Positions 18,753 to 28,880 of a DNA stretch of 64,000 bases are shown here, one piece after another. The translations under genes were made by a program, and so were the position numbers. The notes below the pieces were generated by a model. That model saw only the letters and a list, made by a program, of their open reading frames with translations, was not told where the DNA came from and made no database searches. The stretch's first letter is position 1, and each line of letters starts with the position of its first letter. This stretch comes from a virus, in IMG/VR virus record IMGVR_UViG_3300045941_000233, positions 40,286 to 104,285 of that record; one strand, 5' to 3'.

Positions 18753-19058
18753 ATGGCCGAAAGCACAATCAGGATCGCACTGAAGAAAGTCCGCGACTTC
18801 CTTTCCTACGTCGCGCCGATCACTCCCATCAAGACCGACGATGCGCTGGTGGTCGTAATCGATGCGCTCCTGGCCGACGTTTTGCTTTTCGGGTGGTTCA
18901 CCGTGAAGGTTGCCGAAGATCAAGCCGGCAAGCTGTCACTGGAAGCGGCCGAACCGCCGCAAGAGCTCCGCGGCCCGCTGGCCGATCGCCGGATCGAATG
19001 GAAGAAACTCATCGAAATGGCGCCGACGATTATTAGCCTTGTGAAGCTGTTTCTGTAG
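18753..19058 (+). CDS. hypothetical protein
   Basis: 101 aa, AAGGGG SD. Confidence 0.6.
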   Translation: MAESTIRIALKKVRDFLSYVAPITPIKTDDALVVVIDALLADVLLFGWFTVKVAEDQAGKLSLEAAEPPQELRGPLADRRIEWKKLIEMAPTIISLVKLFL

Positions 19059-19103
19059 TCCAGCGTCGATCGACGCTATCTCTGCAGATCGAAAGAGGGG
19101 CCA

Positions 19104-19772
19104 ATGCCTGGCGAGTTACAACCGGTCGAAGAGCAGATCCTTTTCTGTCGCAATCCCGAGCAGTTTGGCGACGGGACGGCCCTGAACATCCTTCGAACCA
19201 ATCGTCCCAAATGGTGGATCGTCAGAACTCCATCCTGGCTGACAGTCGATCAACTGAATCAGATTTTCGAAGCTGGCGTGAATCGTTGGTCGAAGGTGGC
19301 GAACGTCTATGCCACCCGCGCGGACTCCATGGAGCTCGCGGACTGGATCATCGACGCGCAGAGCATCGACGGCCCGGGAAAGATTTTGGCCGACGCCGAG
19401 CTACCCGGCTTTTCCCGCCAGCAGAAAGTCCGGATCGACATTGCCGAGTCGGCGCTGCGCGATCGAATGTCTGACATTTTGGGCCATGAGGGCGGCCACC
19501 TATACGGCCTGCATCACTTTTCGTCGGCGCCGCCGCCGGAGTGGATGGAACCGACGCTGGGCGTTGTGAACACGCCACAGCAGGCGGAAGCATCGCTGAT
19601 GGCGCAGCTTTATGGCCTGCCGCAGTCAACTCCGCCGGGCTCCGGACCGAGCATTCCGCCGGTCGTCAGCACTTGCCGGATCGAGGTTGTTGACGGCATC
19701 GCGAAAGCGTCAATCAGTGTTCAGCAAGCCAACAAAAAGGCGATGCTGGACGGCAACAAGCAAATGGTTTAA
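19104..19772 (+). CDS. matrixin-like (M10) zinc metallopeptidase
   Basis: DGPGKILADAELP, HEGGHLYGLHH (HEXXHXXGXXH), Met-turn WMEP, LYG. Confidence 0.82.
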   Translation: MPGELQPVEEQILFCRNPEQFGDGTALNILRTNRPKWWIVRTPSWLTVDQLNQIFEAGVNRWSKVANVYATRADSMELADWIIDAQSIDGPGKILADAELPGFSRQQKVRIDIAESALRDRMSDILGHEGGHLYGLHHFSSAPPPEWMEPTLGVVNTPQQAEASLMAQLYGLPQSTPPGSGPSIPPVVSTCRIEVVDGIAKASISVQQANKKAMLDGNKQMV

Positions 19773-19791
19773 CGAAAACCCCGGGGGCGGG

Positions 19792-21498
19792 ATGTTTGGA
19801 GTTCTGTTTGTGCTGGCCACTATGGGCCAGATCGATATTCCACCGCTGCCCGGCTACTTGCCGGCGGCCGTCGCTCCTGCGCCGCAGCAAGTCGCGCCAA
19901 TTGTCGAAGCGGTTCGCGTTCCGGACACCACGGATTATGTGGCATGGGCTGTGCAGGATCTAATGCTCCGCCAGCCGACGGACCGGCCATTCATGCGATA
20001 CCTGGCCGTTCCCGCGTGGGGCGACATTAGCTGGCATCACGTCAATTCGTACATGGTCAATTCGGCCATCAGCCAGTCGAGCGTTACCGTGCGTCCGGAA
20101 GGAACCGCCGGCGGCTGGATGATCGTTTGGGATTTGCGGCGACTGGCGCCGAAAGAACATGATCTAAAGCGATTGCTGGCCGTCTGGGACGCTTTAGCGC
20201 ACGGAGAGCCCTATTTCCATGTCGAGCTACCGCAAGGAAAACAAGTCGCCTGTCGGCAATACACCCATCTCGACGGCAAAATCTACACCCAGCGGCGATT
20301 TGTCCCCGCTCCGCATGTTGCCGAAGGTTATGGCATCTTGGAGCGCGAGACTGCGGCTTTCGCGCCGCTTCTCCGGGCGGACTATTTTCTGAGGCGAGTC
20401 GCCAGCACGGTTGATGGCGGTCTGTATTACCACTTCATCGGCTTCATCAGTGGCGGTAAGCGGCTGACCGAAACCGAGATTTTCAAGCTGGTTGGCCTGG
20501 ACGTGGCACTTTCCCGCGGGGTCGAAGGCGACGACCGGGCGGCCGTGTTCCAGTCGGCAGTGACTGGCAAGCCGCGCACGGTCGAACAAGTCCAGGGCGC
20601 CATTGGTAAAGCGCGGATTACCTACGATCTATTCGACGAAGACGTCGAAGCCGGCCGGCATCCGATTTACGAATTGCTCGACTTTGTGAAGCGAGCTCGC
20701 GGCAAGGAATTGATTTACGAGCGGCAGAACGGGACTCTCGGCTATTTCCTGGCTGACGGCGAAGGGAAATTGGTCGATGTTGCCCCGCCAAATCTCGCCA
20801 GCGACCACAACACTCCGGCGCCGGTGACGAAGCAGCTTTTCCCGCCGCTTAGCTGCATTCGCTGCCACGGCCCGCATAGTGGCGTCCAGATCGTCCGAAA
20901 CGACGTGCAGACGCTGTTAAGCGGCGGCAGCGGCGAAGTCGATTTGTTCGATGACCTGACCAGCAAGGACAACCGCTTCGCTACCGTCGATCGACTGGCT
21001 GGCCTGTATGCCGCGGCCGACGCTTTCAATTTCGACGCTGAACTGTCCCGCTCGCGGCATGCCGACGCCATTTTTCGGGCAACCCGCGGGATGGGTGTTC
21101 GCGAGCGCGAAAACGTAGCCTCCAAAGCCGCGGCCAAGCTGTCCGAGCAATTCGCCGACTATTGGTATCCCCGATCGCCGACCGAAGCGAACGTGAACGC
21201 CGACCGGGCTTGTCTGGAACTTGGCTGGCGAGTGCCGCCGGGAGATGGCTCCGCATTCTTGAATCAGACACTGCGGCCGCATCGCGTGGACTTTTCGGTC
21301 CAGGGCGTGCCTGTCGAGTCGGCCGATCCGGCCCTGGCTGCATTGCGGCGACTGAAAACGAACCCCGATGGGACGCTGTTCCTCCAAAACGGAAAGCCGG
21401 TTAGCGCCGGCCTGACGATCCGGCGACAGGACTTGGATCGAATCTATCCATACGCCGCCGGCCAGATGATCGAAGCTCGAAAGAACCCAAAACCTTAA
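19792..21498 (+). CDS. large exported hypothetical protein with one CxxCH motif
   Basis: Short hydrophobic N-terminus; LSCIRCH at 20854-20868. Confidence 0.65.
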   Translation: MFGVLFVLATMGQIDIPPLPGYLPAAVAPAPQQVAPIVEAVRVPDTTDYVAWAVQDLMLRQPTDRPFMRYLAVPAWGDISWHHVNSYMVNSAISQSSVTVRPEGTAGGWMIVWDLRRLAPKEHDLKRLLAVWDALAHGEPYFHVELPQGKQVACRQYTHLDGKIYTQRRFVPAPHVAEGYGILERETAAFAPLLRADYFLRRVASTVDGGLYYHFIGFISGGKRLTETEIFKLVGLDVALSRGVEGDDRAAVFQSAVTGKPRTVEQVQGAIGKARITYDLFDEDVEAGRHPIYELLDFVKRARGKELIYERQNGTLGYFLADGEGKLVDVAPPNLASDHNTPAPVTKQLFPPLSCIRCHGPHSGVQIVRNDVQTLLSGGSGEVDLFDDLTSKDNRFATVDRLAGLYAAADAFNFDAELSRSRHADAIFRATRGMGVRERENVASKAAAKLSEQFADYWYPRSPTEANVNADRACLELGWRVPPGDGSAFLNQTLRPHRVDFSVQGVPVESADPALAALRRLKTNPDGTLFLQNGKPVSAGLTIRRQDLDRIYPYAAGQMIEARKNPKP

Positions 21499-21515
21499 TC
21501 CGAAAGGATCAAAAA

Positions 21516-22376
21516 ATGAAACGGTTACTGGCTTTGCTTGTATTGCTTGCTGTCTGGCTTACTGCAACTCCGGCCGATGCCTGCCACCGGTGCGGGATTT
21601 TCGGCCGTGGCTGCCGGTTTAATCACGTTCCGGCGGTCATTCACGCGGCGCCTTACGTCGCTCCGGCCTACGGCAACCAGACTTTTAATTTCATCAACAG
21701 CTACCCCCTGAACCTTATTCCTGGCGGCAATTCGGTGTACGGCTACAACCTAGCCGCCCAGCCGCTGGCTCTCGACGTTCCGCTGGTGCTCGATCGCTCC
21801 GCCCGACTGGCCGAAGCGTTTTCCGTCGGCGCCGTGCAGGCCCTGAACGGCCACAATGCCAACGTCCAAGGCGCTTTATCGCTGGTGGACGGCATCGATC
21901 GCCGATCGAAAAACATTCAGGCATTTACGGCGACACTGCAGGCCAACAATGGAGCTCAGCCGGTCCAGTCCCCGCCGTCGCTGTCTTTTCGCGTGACTGT
22001 CGGCGCCGACGGCCAGCCGAAAGTTGAGCGATTGGAAGCCGGCAAACCATGCCCCGACGGCAATTGTCCAGATCCGGCAATCCCGCCGCCGTCGCCCATC
22101 CAGGCCCCCGAGCAGCCGCTGACGCCCAAGCAAACCGGATTGCAGTACCGCGGCCAGTCGCTGGGAGTGCTTTCGGCCGTTTGCGGTAAATGCCACGACG
22201 GGCTTGGCACAAAAGACACTCCGCTTGGATTGGTCATTGACGATCGCGCCGTACTTACGCCAGATCAAAGGAAGCTGGCCTTGAAAAAAGTCGAGGCAGG
22301 AAAAATGCCGCCCCCGGGCTCGATAGCCGTCAGCATCGACGTCTTGAATAGCGTCCGGGCGGCCCTGGCAAACTGA
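21516..22376 (+). CDS. secreted protein with C-terminal planctomycete-type cytochrome c domain
   Basis: Sec signal MKRLLALLVLLAVWLTATPADA; CGKCH at 22182-22196 and distal GKMPP. Confidence 0.72.
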   Translation: MKRLLALLVLLAVWLTATPADACHRCGIFGRGCRFNHVPAVIHAAPYVAPAYGNQTFNFINSYPLNLIPGGNSVYGYNLAAQPLALDVPLVLDRSARLAEAFSVGAVQALNGHNANVQGALSLVDGIDRRSKNIQAFTATLQANNGAQPVQSPPSLSFRVTVGADGQPKVERLEAGKPCPDGNCPDPAIPPPSPIQAPEQPLTPKQTGLQYRGQSLGVLSAVCGKCHDGLGTKDTPLGLVIDDRAVLTPDQRKLALKKVEAGKMPPPGSIAVSIDVLNSVRAALAN

Positions 22377-22423
22377 ATCGTTCCGTTTGATTAACCAAAA
22401 ACCTTAACCGAAAGGAAAGTTTT

Positions 22424-22672
22424 ATGAAGTTCGTTCTCTCCGTCGCCGCGGCCGTCGCCTTGCTGGCTGCTACCGCCGGCACCGCGAATGCGTTCCACGG
22501 TCCCGCCGCTCAGGCATTTCGGAATGCCGGCAATCGGCAAGCCTTCCGTCAGGCGCAGCGGCTGAACAACCACCACCACGGCCGCCAGGCAATTTTACTT
22601 GTCCCGGTGGCTCCGCCAGTGCAGACATTTGTCGCCCCCAGCGGCGCCATTCTGCAGTTTCGGTCGTACTAG
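22424..22672 (+). CDS. small secreted protein
   Basis: Signal peptide ending ANA; AAGGA SD. Confidence 0.6.
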   Translation: MKFVLSVAAAVALLAATAGTANAFHGPAAQAFRNAGNRQAFRQAQRLNNHHHGRQAILLVPVAPPVQTFVAPSGAILQFRSY

Positions 22673-22686
22673 GCCCGTATCGTCCA

Positions 22687-23022
22687 ATGCGTTTCGACAT
22701 TTACCACCATCACGAACACGATTCAGCGCTTCGAAAGTCACTTTCTGACATTTCGATGGCGATGGCATCGATACTTGGAAAGGTACTTCGCATGTCCGCA
22801 TCCCTTGATCGCCTCACCCGCGAGGTAGGCGAGATGAAAGAGCAGGTCAATTCCGCCGCGGAGAAGTTTGGAAAACTGGCAGAGCAAATCCGCCAGTTGA
22901 AAGACGACCCCGCGAAATTGGAGGCATTGGCCGACGACCTTGATGCCCAGCAGGCCACCTTGAAGTCGGCCGGCGATGCAGCTAGTCCGCCGGACGAACC
23001 GCCGGCAGAGCCGCCCGCATAG
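22687..23022 (+). CDS. coiled-coil hypothetical protein
   Basis: Heptad pattern, Pro-rich tail. Confidence 0.6.
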   Translation: MRFDIYHHHEHDSALRKSLSDISMAMASILGKVLRMSASLDRLTREVGEMKEQVNSAAEKFGKLAEQIRQLKDDPAKLEALADDLDAQQATLKSAGDAASPPDEPPAEPPA

Positions 23023-23051
23023 TTTTGCGCGTCTCCGCACCGCAAACCCTT

Positions 23052-23089
23052 ACAGCCGACGGCTTAACTGCCGCCGGCTGTTTTCGTTT
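23052..23089 (+). terminator. intrinsic terminator
   Basis: ACAGCCGaCGGC loop GCCGcCGGCTGT followed by TTTCGTTT. Confidence 0.6.
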
Positions 23090-23195
23090 GCCAGTCCAAG
23101 CTATTGCCGGTTTTTGCGCCTTTCCAGCAATATCTAGCTAGGCTCCGGGGGCGTGGCCGAGGCTTTCGTATTGTCCTCGTTGGTCGTCCAAAACC

Positions 23196-23579
23196 ATGCC
23201 CCAAGATCAAATCGAATGGTTGCTGAAGACCGGCAGCATTTACGGGCTCGGATTTGCGGCCCTTGCTGTCGGCGTGTCGATGGCCTTTTATTTTTTGTGG
23301 CGGATTGGTCTGGGAGTGGCCAACTTCGTTGACGACGTGCGGACGAAATGGTTTCCGAATGTCGTCACCGGGCATTTGGCGTTTCTGTCGCGAACACAGG
23401 AGTCAAATGACGCCACCCTGGCCGCGGTCGAAAAGATGACAGCCGGCCATGCCGTTTCCAGCGACAGCCACGAAAAAACTCACCGCGCTTTGGAATACAT
23501 CGCCAGAGCACAGGCCGAGGGAGACGTTTGCGAAGACGCGCGAGCGTTTCTGGTCGAAGCCGTGAAGATTTTGAAGTAA
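23196..23579 (+). CDS. membrane protein (holin-like candidate)
   Basis: Single N-terminal TM helix plus soluble tail. Confidence 0.5.
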   Translation: MPQDQIEWLLKTGSIYGLGFAALAVGVSMAFYFLWRIGLGVANFVDDVRTKWFPNVVTGHLAFLSRTQESNDATLAAVEKMTAGHAVSSDSHEKTHRALEYIARAQAEGDVCEDARAFLVEAVKILK

Positions 23580-23604
23580 CCGCCATCAAGGAGAGCCATA
23601 AAGC

Positions 23605-24144
23605 ATGTCATTGACGCTTGCCCAAAAACAGGCCCTGAAAACTCATGCTCTGAATAATCAAACCCAACTGGCATTTCCGGCCGGGCAGGCAACTATTGCC
23701 AGCAAGTTTGCTGCGGCATCGCTGCAGTCAGCGGACGCGCTGCTAATTGCCAACTGGTATAACTTACTCACTTCGCCGGCGGCGTATGCTTGGCATTTTT
23801 CTCGGTCGCGCATGGACAATCGGCGCGCGGTGATGAATACGGCCGGGTCAGCGAATCAACTTGACGCGCTAACTGGCGCCAAGCGCGATGCTCTTCTGTG
23901 GTGCATTGACGACACGATCGATTGCAGACTGGCGGCCGTCCGGACAAGCATCGACGATCTTTGCGGCAGCCAGAACACGCTAAAGGCGGCCATCCTTGAC
24001 AGCTTCAAGAGGCAGCTTCGCAATCTTGAGCGCGTGTTTTCTACCGGCGGCGACGGCTCGCTATCAACTCCGCACGACTACGTGTTTGAGGGCACTGTGA
24101 CCGGCGACGAAATCTCTGACGTGCACGGCGTAACGCTGCCCTAA
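23605..24144 (+). CDS. hypothetical protein, likely structural
   Basis: AAGGAG SD; 179 aa. Confidence 0.6.
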   Translation: MSLTLAQKQALKTHALNNQTQLAFPAGQATIASKFAAASLQSADALLIANWYNLLTSPAAYAWHFSRSRMDNRRAVMNTAGSANQLDALTGAKRDALLWCIDDTIDCRLAAVRTSIDDLCGSQNTLKAAILDSFKRQLRNLERVFSTGGDGSLSTPHDYVFEGTVTGDEISDVHGVTLP

Positions 24145-24159
24145 TTGGACTAATGCGAA

Positions 24160-24729
24160 ATGCCTAACGAAATCAAGCAAAAGGTTGGCACGCAGCTTCG
24201 GTTCTGCGTTAGCGGCTCGTTCTCTCCGGCCGATTCGGCCACTAACTGGACGATTGGCTCGCCGACTAACGTAACACTGACGCAAAGCGGTCTGGCCAAC
24301 GGCGCAGGCCGGCAGTCCGCCAAGTTCGATTTTGGCTCCACCCGGGCAGCAGCCTTCGAATGCCTCGCCGCGGCGGATTTTACCGACGAAACTCCGACGG
24401 CGGGCGGCACTATCGATTATTACTTCGCGCCATCGACCAGCACCACGCAGGCAGACGGCAACGTCGCCGGAAACTCGGGGGCGGACGGCGCCGCGCCGGA
24501 CGGCGCTTTGGGCTCGATCACGCTGGCCGAGTTCCTGAAGCAGTGCATTTTTATTGGGTCGCTTGTGACGCATGACGGGGCCGTCGTGCAGAACGGTTTT
24601 GTTGGAATTCTGCGGCCCACCAGTCGCTACGGACAGTTGATCGTCGTGAACAACAGCGGCGATGCGCTTGAAGCAGACGACGTGGAAAATCATGTAGTCC
24701 TGAACCCAATCGTCGATGAGTTTCAATAA
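24160..24729 (+). CDS. hypothetical beta-rich protein, likely structural
   Basis: 189 aa, G/A/T-rich. Confidence 0.6.
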   Translation: MPNEIKQKVGTQLRFCVSGSFSPADSATNWTIGSPTNVTLTQSGLANGAGRQSAKFDFGSTRAAAFECLAAADFTDETPTAGGTIDYYFAPSTSTTQADGNVAGNSGADGAAPDGALGSITLAEFLKQCIFIGSLVTHDGAVVQNGFVGILRPTSRYGQLIVVNNSGDALEADDVENHVVLNPIVDEFQ

Positions 24730-25555
24730 ACACGGCTGGCTTGACAGTGCTACTCCTGTCAATTGGTTCCACCCCCTCAATCGCGGCCTTGTGGCCGAGT
24801 GGGCGGTAGTACAGCCAGGCTACGGGGGGACTGCTTTTCGTAATCTGGTTACTCGCGGTCTGGTTAAAAACGGCGCCAACAACGCCAATATCACATGGCT
24901 GCGCCGGAATCTGGTTTTCAATGGGACCAATACCAGAGTCAGCCTGGACGACTCGTCTGCGCTCATTGCCTCCGGTGATTTTTCCATCGTCAGCATCTAC
25001 ACTCCCACCGATGCCGTGTCGGGGGGCATGATCTACCGGATGGGCGACAACCCATCGGACAACGACGCCAACTTACAGCAAGGCAATCTATTCAATGGTG
25101 GCACCGCCAGCCGCATTTCTCTCATCCACTACAGCGCTGGGTGGCAGGTCTGCACTGGCGCTACGGATCTTGTGAATGGCCGTCGATACTGGGCGGCTGG
25201 GACTTTCAGCGGAACTAATGGCAGTGTCGTGTACTTGAACGGAGTGGCGGACGGCACAGATGGCAACACTACCCGCGGCGGAGTGCCTTCCACGCATGCC
25301 GCCATTGGGGCTAATGCCGTCACCGACCAGTATTACCTAAACGGATCCATAGAGAGCGTATTACTCTACAACCGGGCGCTCACCGCCGGCGAATGCTTGT
25401 CCTTGTATAAGGAAATGATGCAGGACAATCCCTTCCGATGGAATTGGATCAACAACAGCTTAGTCAGGAATGTAGGCGCGGCATTAAAATCGAGGGGACT
25501 GCTTAGCGGCGGTAATCTGCTAGGCCAGGGGATGCTTTCCGGCGGAAGGCTTTAG
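24716..25555 (+). CDS. LamG/concanavalin A-like domain protein
   Basis: LVFNGTN, FSIV, GRRYWAAGTF, VYLNGV, AIGA, LNGSIESVLLYNRALT. Confidence 0.85.
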   Translation: MSFNKHGWLDSATPVNWFHPLNRGLVAEWAVVQPGYGGTAFRNLVTRGLVKNGANNANITWLRRNLVFNGTNTRVSLDDSSALIASGDFSIVSIYTPTDAVSGGMIYRMGDNPSDNDANLQQGNLFNGGTASRISLIHYSAGWQVCTGATDLVNGRRYWAAGTFSGTNGSVVYLNGVADGTDGNTTRGGVPSTHAAIGANAVTDQYYLNGSIESVLLYNRALTAGECLSLYKEMMQDNPFRWNWINNSLVRNVGAALKSRGLLSGGNLLGQGMLSGGRL

Positions 25556-25559
25556 TCCA

Positions 25560-26264
25560 ATGGGATTCAAAGGCATTGACGTTCGAGAAACCGGCGACAG
25601 GATCGTCGTACGCGCGTTTTTGCTGGATTCTTCCGGCGCAAAGGTGACGTCCGGGGAAGCCTCGCTGTATCTCTATGAACTTCAGTCCGACGGGTCTTTG
25701 AAGTCGTTTGATTTTCGCGACCTGACTTTCAAGACCACCAATCTGCACTCGGAAACACTGGCGCTCACCCACCAGACCGGCAACAACGGCCAGACCAATA
25801 CGGGGATCTGGACCGGCGCTTTTGAAGTCGATCGCACGCTCGAATCTTCATCGTCGCAGTGGTCTAGCCAGTCTGGCGATTCATTTTCGTCCGAGTCCAG
25901 CATCAATGAAGAAACGGAATTCACGAAGGGCAATATTTACATCGCGCTCGTAAACCACTCTTCCGCAAGCCCGCCCTGGCAGGGCCGCGAGTTCCAATAT
26001 GGCGAGGCGGAAGGCGACGGACTGGCGGCAATTGCTGACGCGACCCTCTTCCGCAACTGGATTACGGCCGTGGCCGAGCTCGAAGCCGATGGCGACTCCG
26101 TGCCGGCCCGTTCCTTGATTCAGGCGGCCCGCTTCATTCGCAATAAGTTCAGCACGACCGACAATCCTGGCTTTGTGACGGTTTATGAAGAGGACGACGC
26201 GACAGAAGCCTATCAAAAGGCCCTGACTACAGATCCGGCCGCAGAGCCGATTGTCGAAGGCTAA
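25560..26264 (+). CDS. putative structural protein with internal Ser patch
   Basis: ESSSSQWSSQSGDSFSSESS insert. Confidence 0.65.
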   Translation: MGFKGIDVRETGDRIVVRAFLLDSSGAKVTSGEASLYLYELQSDGSLKSFDFRDLTFKTTNLHSETLALTHQTGNNGQTNTGIWTGAFEVDRTLESSSSQWSSQSGDSFSSESSINEETEFTKGNIYIALVNHSSASPPWQGREFQYGEAEGDGLAAIADATLFRNWITAVAELEADGDSVPARSLIQAARFIRNKFSTTDNPGFVTVYEEDDATEAYQKALTTDPAAEPIVEG

Positions 26265-26276
26265 CGGGGGTGTCCG

Positions 26277-26549
26277 TTGGCAGAAATAGTTGCCCAGCGC
26301 GTATCCAAGGACGAAATATACATTCGTGCCGGCGACGGCAAGGACGTCACGATCACGCGCACGCAGATACAGGGTTTTTACGCGGCCCAAACCGGCAACG
26401 CCGCTGCGCGCAAGTCCGCCACCGTCGCCGAGTTCAAGCAGCGCATAGCAACTGCCCTTGGTGTCGCGCAGATCGCGATTGGCAATATCGTCCTGGACTT
26501 CAACCCCAGCGACACCAATGCGACCCTGACGTCAGAGGTCGTTAGCTAA
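26277..26549 (+). CDS. hypothetical protein
   Basis: TTG start after GGGGG; stop abuts next ATG. Confidence 0.55.
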   Translation: MAEIVAQRVSKDEIYIRAGDGKDVTITRTQIQGFYAAQTGNAAARKSATVAEFKQRIATALGVAQIAIGNIVLDFNPSDTNATLTSEVVS

Positions 26550-28868
26550 ATGACGACCATAAACTTTGGCGGACATGAGAGAGGAACGGCGGCGGAAACC
26601 GCCATCACTGGCGGTACGTTTTCTATTCAGTCCACCACGAAGCGCACCGGCACTTACGCCTTGCAATGCAATCCGGCAAGCGGAGTAGCTGGCTACAACG
26701 GCTTTCACAACATCTTGGCGAACGGTGGCGGCACATCTCTGGCCAGGACCGCCGAAACTTTTTACACGACTTACTTTCGATTTGTCAGCATTCCGTCAGG
26801 CACCACTAAGTTTGTGCAGGTCGTATCGAATACGCCGTCCGATGTTGTGGTAGTGCAGATCGACTCATCGGGGAACGTCAAGCTTGTAGGCACCACAACA
26901 TCGGCGACGATTGCCACGGTAACTTCTGGGACATGGTACAGGCTTGACTTGCGAGTGACCAGCAACGGCACCAGCGGCGCAAGTATCGACGGCGGAGCCG
27001 AGCAAACAGTAACAGCCAACAACATCACGCAAGACAGGTTTGTGCAGGGACGGATTAGCACCGAAGCAGTCGCGATGGACGTGATCTTCGACGATTGGCA
27101 TATCGACGACGCCGGGTTTCCTGGCGCGGGCGAATGCCGAATGTGTTCGACCACGGGAGACGGGACATACACGGGATGGGTGACTGGCACTGGCACAACC
27201 GAAGCGGAAGTCGATGACACTCCGAGCGATGCTGACACCACCTATATCGCCGTGCCGGCCACCGGAGACAACACCGCTCGGACGTTCGCGATGGAGGATT
27301 GCACGACGGTTGGCATCGAGGGAACGATCCGGGCCGTCAAATGCATCTGCTCCGTTAGAACCGAATCAACCACTGGCTCATCTACGGTTGGATTGCGGGT
27401 ACGGTCCGGATCGACTGACAGCGATACAACCGGTGTGGAATGGACGACGACCTACGCTAATCATCAAAAGCTGCTAACGACCGACCCTAATGGCGGCGGC
27501 TCGTGGACAAGCAGCGGCGTCGATGGCGTCGAGTGCGGTGTATTTGCCGGGTCTATCGCCCAGATTCAGCGCTGCACGACGGTTTCGCTGATGGTGTGGA
27601 GTAGCGGCGTAGATGAGTCCTCAAGTTCCGATTCCAGCGCTTCGTCGGCGAGCTCCGCGTCCTCAATCAGCAGTCTTTCGTCGCTCTCTTCGCCGTCGTC
27701 TGCCTCTAGCGCAAGCTCGATTTCTTCCCTTAGCAGCCTGTCGTCTCTGTCCAGCCAGTCATCGGCTTCCAGCGCCAGCAGTATTAGCAGTGTCAGTGAT
27801 GCAAGCAGCGGAAGCAGCGCAAGTAGCGCAAGCAGCCTTTCGTCTCCAAGCAGCGGATCGTCGGCAAGTTCCGCTTCGTCTTTTGGTCCCACGGCCGGCT
27901 ATCGATCGTTCACGGCGTTCTGGTTGGGTGGCGCATCGGCGCCAGGAGAGGAAGATTCGTCGTCATCGTCGGTCTCTTCCGCAAGCAGCCAGTCCTCACT
28001 CAGCAGCCAGAGCAGCCTATCGTCGGCGAGCAGCGCGTCGAGCCTGTCGAGCCCTTCCAGCGCGTCATCGCTTTCGTCGCCAAGCTCCGCAAGCTCTCTC
28101 AGCAGTCTTTCGTCGGTGAGCTCGCTGTCGTCGGCGAGCAGCGCATCGTCGGTATCCTCGTTGTCGTCTATTTCCTCACTGTCCCGGCCGTCAAGTTCCA
28201 GCAGCCCGACTTCGGCCAGTTCCGCAAGCAGCCAGTCTAGCGCGTCGTCCGCCTCTTCGCTTAGTTCGGTATCGTCTCAAAGCTCCGGATCGTCGGCGAG
28301 TTCTCTTTCTTCTTCAAGCAGTCTTTCGTCGGCATCATCGGCATCGTCGGCCAGTTCGGCAAGCAGTTTGTCGTCGGTTTCATCTCTTAGCAGCCAGTCA
28401 TCAGCCAGTTCGGCGAGCTCTGCGAGCTCGTCAAGCTCCCTGTCATCCCAAAGCAGCCAGTCGTCGGCATCTTCCGCATCCAGCGCGAGCAGTATTTCTT
28501 CGCTCAGCAGCCAGAGCTCGGCGAGCAGCGCATCGTCTGCGAGCTCATTGTCCAGCAGTTTTTCGTCGGCGAGCAGCGATTCTTCCGTCAGCAGCTTGTC
28601 GTCACTCAGCAGCCAATCGCAGAGTTTTTCTAGCGAGTCATCGTCAACGTCCAGCATGGTCGAGCGGCCGATCTACCCCGGCGACACGGCTTGGTCGCAG
28701 CTTGGCCCTGGCGATGCAGCTTGGAACCAGCGCGGCCCCGGTAGCGCGTCCTGGACCCAGCGAGGGCCGGCCGGCACAGCCTGGACCCAGCGAGGCCCTG
28801 GCGGCGCCGACTTGTCGCCGCGCGGTCCTGGCGGCATTTCGATTCGACCAAAACGCACTAATCCGTGA
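26550..28868 (+). CDS. serine-rich repeat protein 1 (beta-rich N-terminal domains + (SSX)n tract)
   Basis: About 355 aa of T/G-rich lectin-like domains, then about 345 aa of SSX repeats and C-terminal GPG decapeptide repeats. Confidence 0.8.
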   Translation: MTTINFGGHERGTAAETAITGGTFSIQSTTKRTGTYALQCNPASGVAGYNGFHNILANGGGTSLARTAETFYTTYFRFVSIPSGTTKFVQVVSNTPSDVVVVQIDSSGNVKLVGTTTSATIATVTSGTWYRLDLRVTSNGTSGASIDGGAEQTVTANNITQDRFVQGRISTEAVAMDVIFDDWHIDDAGFPGAGECRMCSTTGDGTYTGWVTGTGTTEAEVDDTPSDADTTYIAVPATGDNTARTFAMEDCTTVGIEGTIRAVKCICSVRTESTTGSSTVGLRVRSGSTDSDTTGVEWTTTYANHQKLLTTDPNGGGSWTSSGVDGVECGVFAGSIAQIQRCTTVSLMVWSSGVDESSSSDSSASSASSASSISSLSSLSSPSSASSASSISSLSSLSSLSSQSSASSASSISSVSDASSGSSASSASSLSSPSSGSSASSASSFGPTAGYRSFTAFWLGGASAPGEEDSSSSSVSSASSQSSLSSQSSLSSASSASSLSSPSSASSLSSPSSASSLSSLSSVSSLSSASSASSVSSLSSISSLSRPSSSSSPTSASSASSQSSASSASSLSSVSSQSSGSSASSLSSSSSLSSASSASSASSASSLSSVSSLSSQSSASSASSASSSSSLSSQSSQSSASSASSASSISSLSSQSSASSASSASSLSSSFSSASSDSSVSSLSSLSSQSQSFSSESSSTSSMVERPIYPGDTAWSQLGPGDAAWNQRGPGSASWTQRGPAGTAWTQRGPGGADLSPRGPGGISIRPKRTNP
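27613..28655 (+). repeat. (Ser-Ser-X)n coding tract, 9-bp period
   Basis: SSASSASSISSLSSLSSPSS...; mixed TCN/AGY codons. Confidence 0.9.
28677..28835 (+). repeat. 30-bp / 10-aa tandem repeat (about 5 copies)
   Basis: PGDTAWSQL GPGDAAWNQR GPGSASWTQR GPAGTAWTQR GPGGADLSPR GPGG. Confidence 0.85.
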
Positions 28869-28880
28869 TAATTAACCGCT

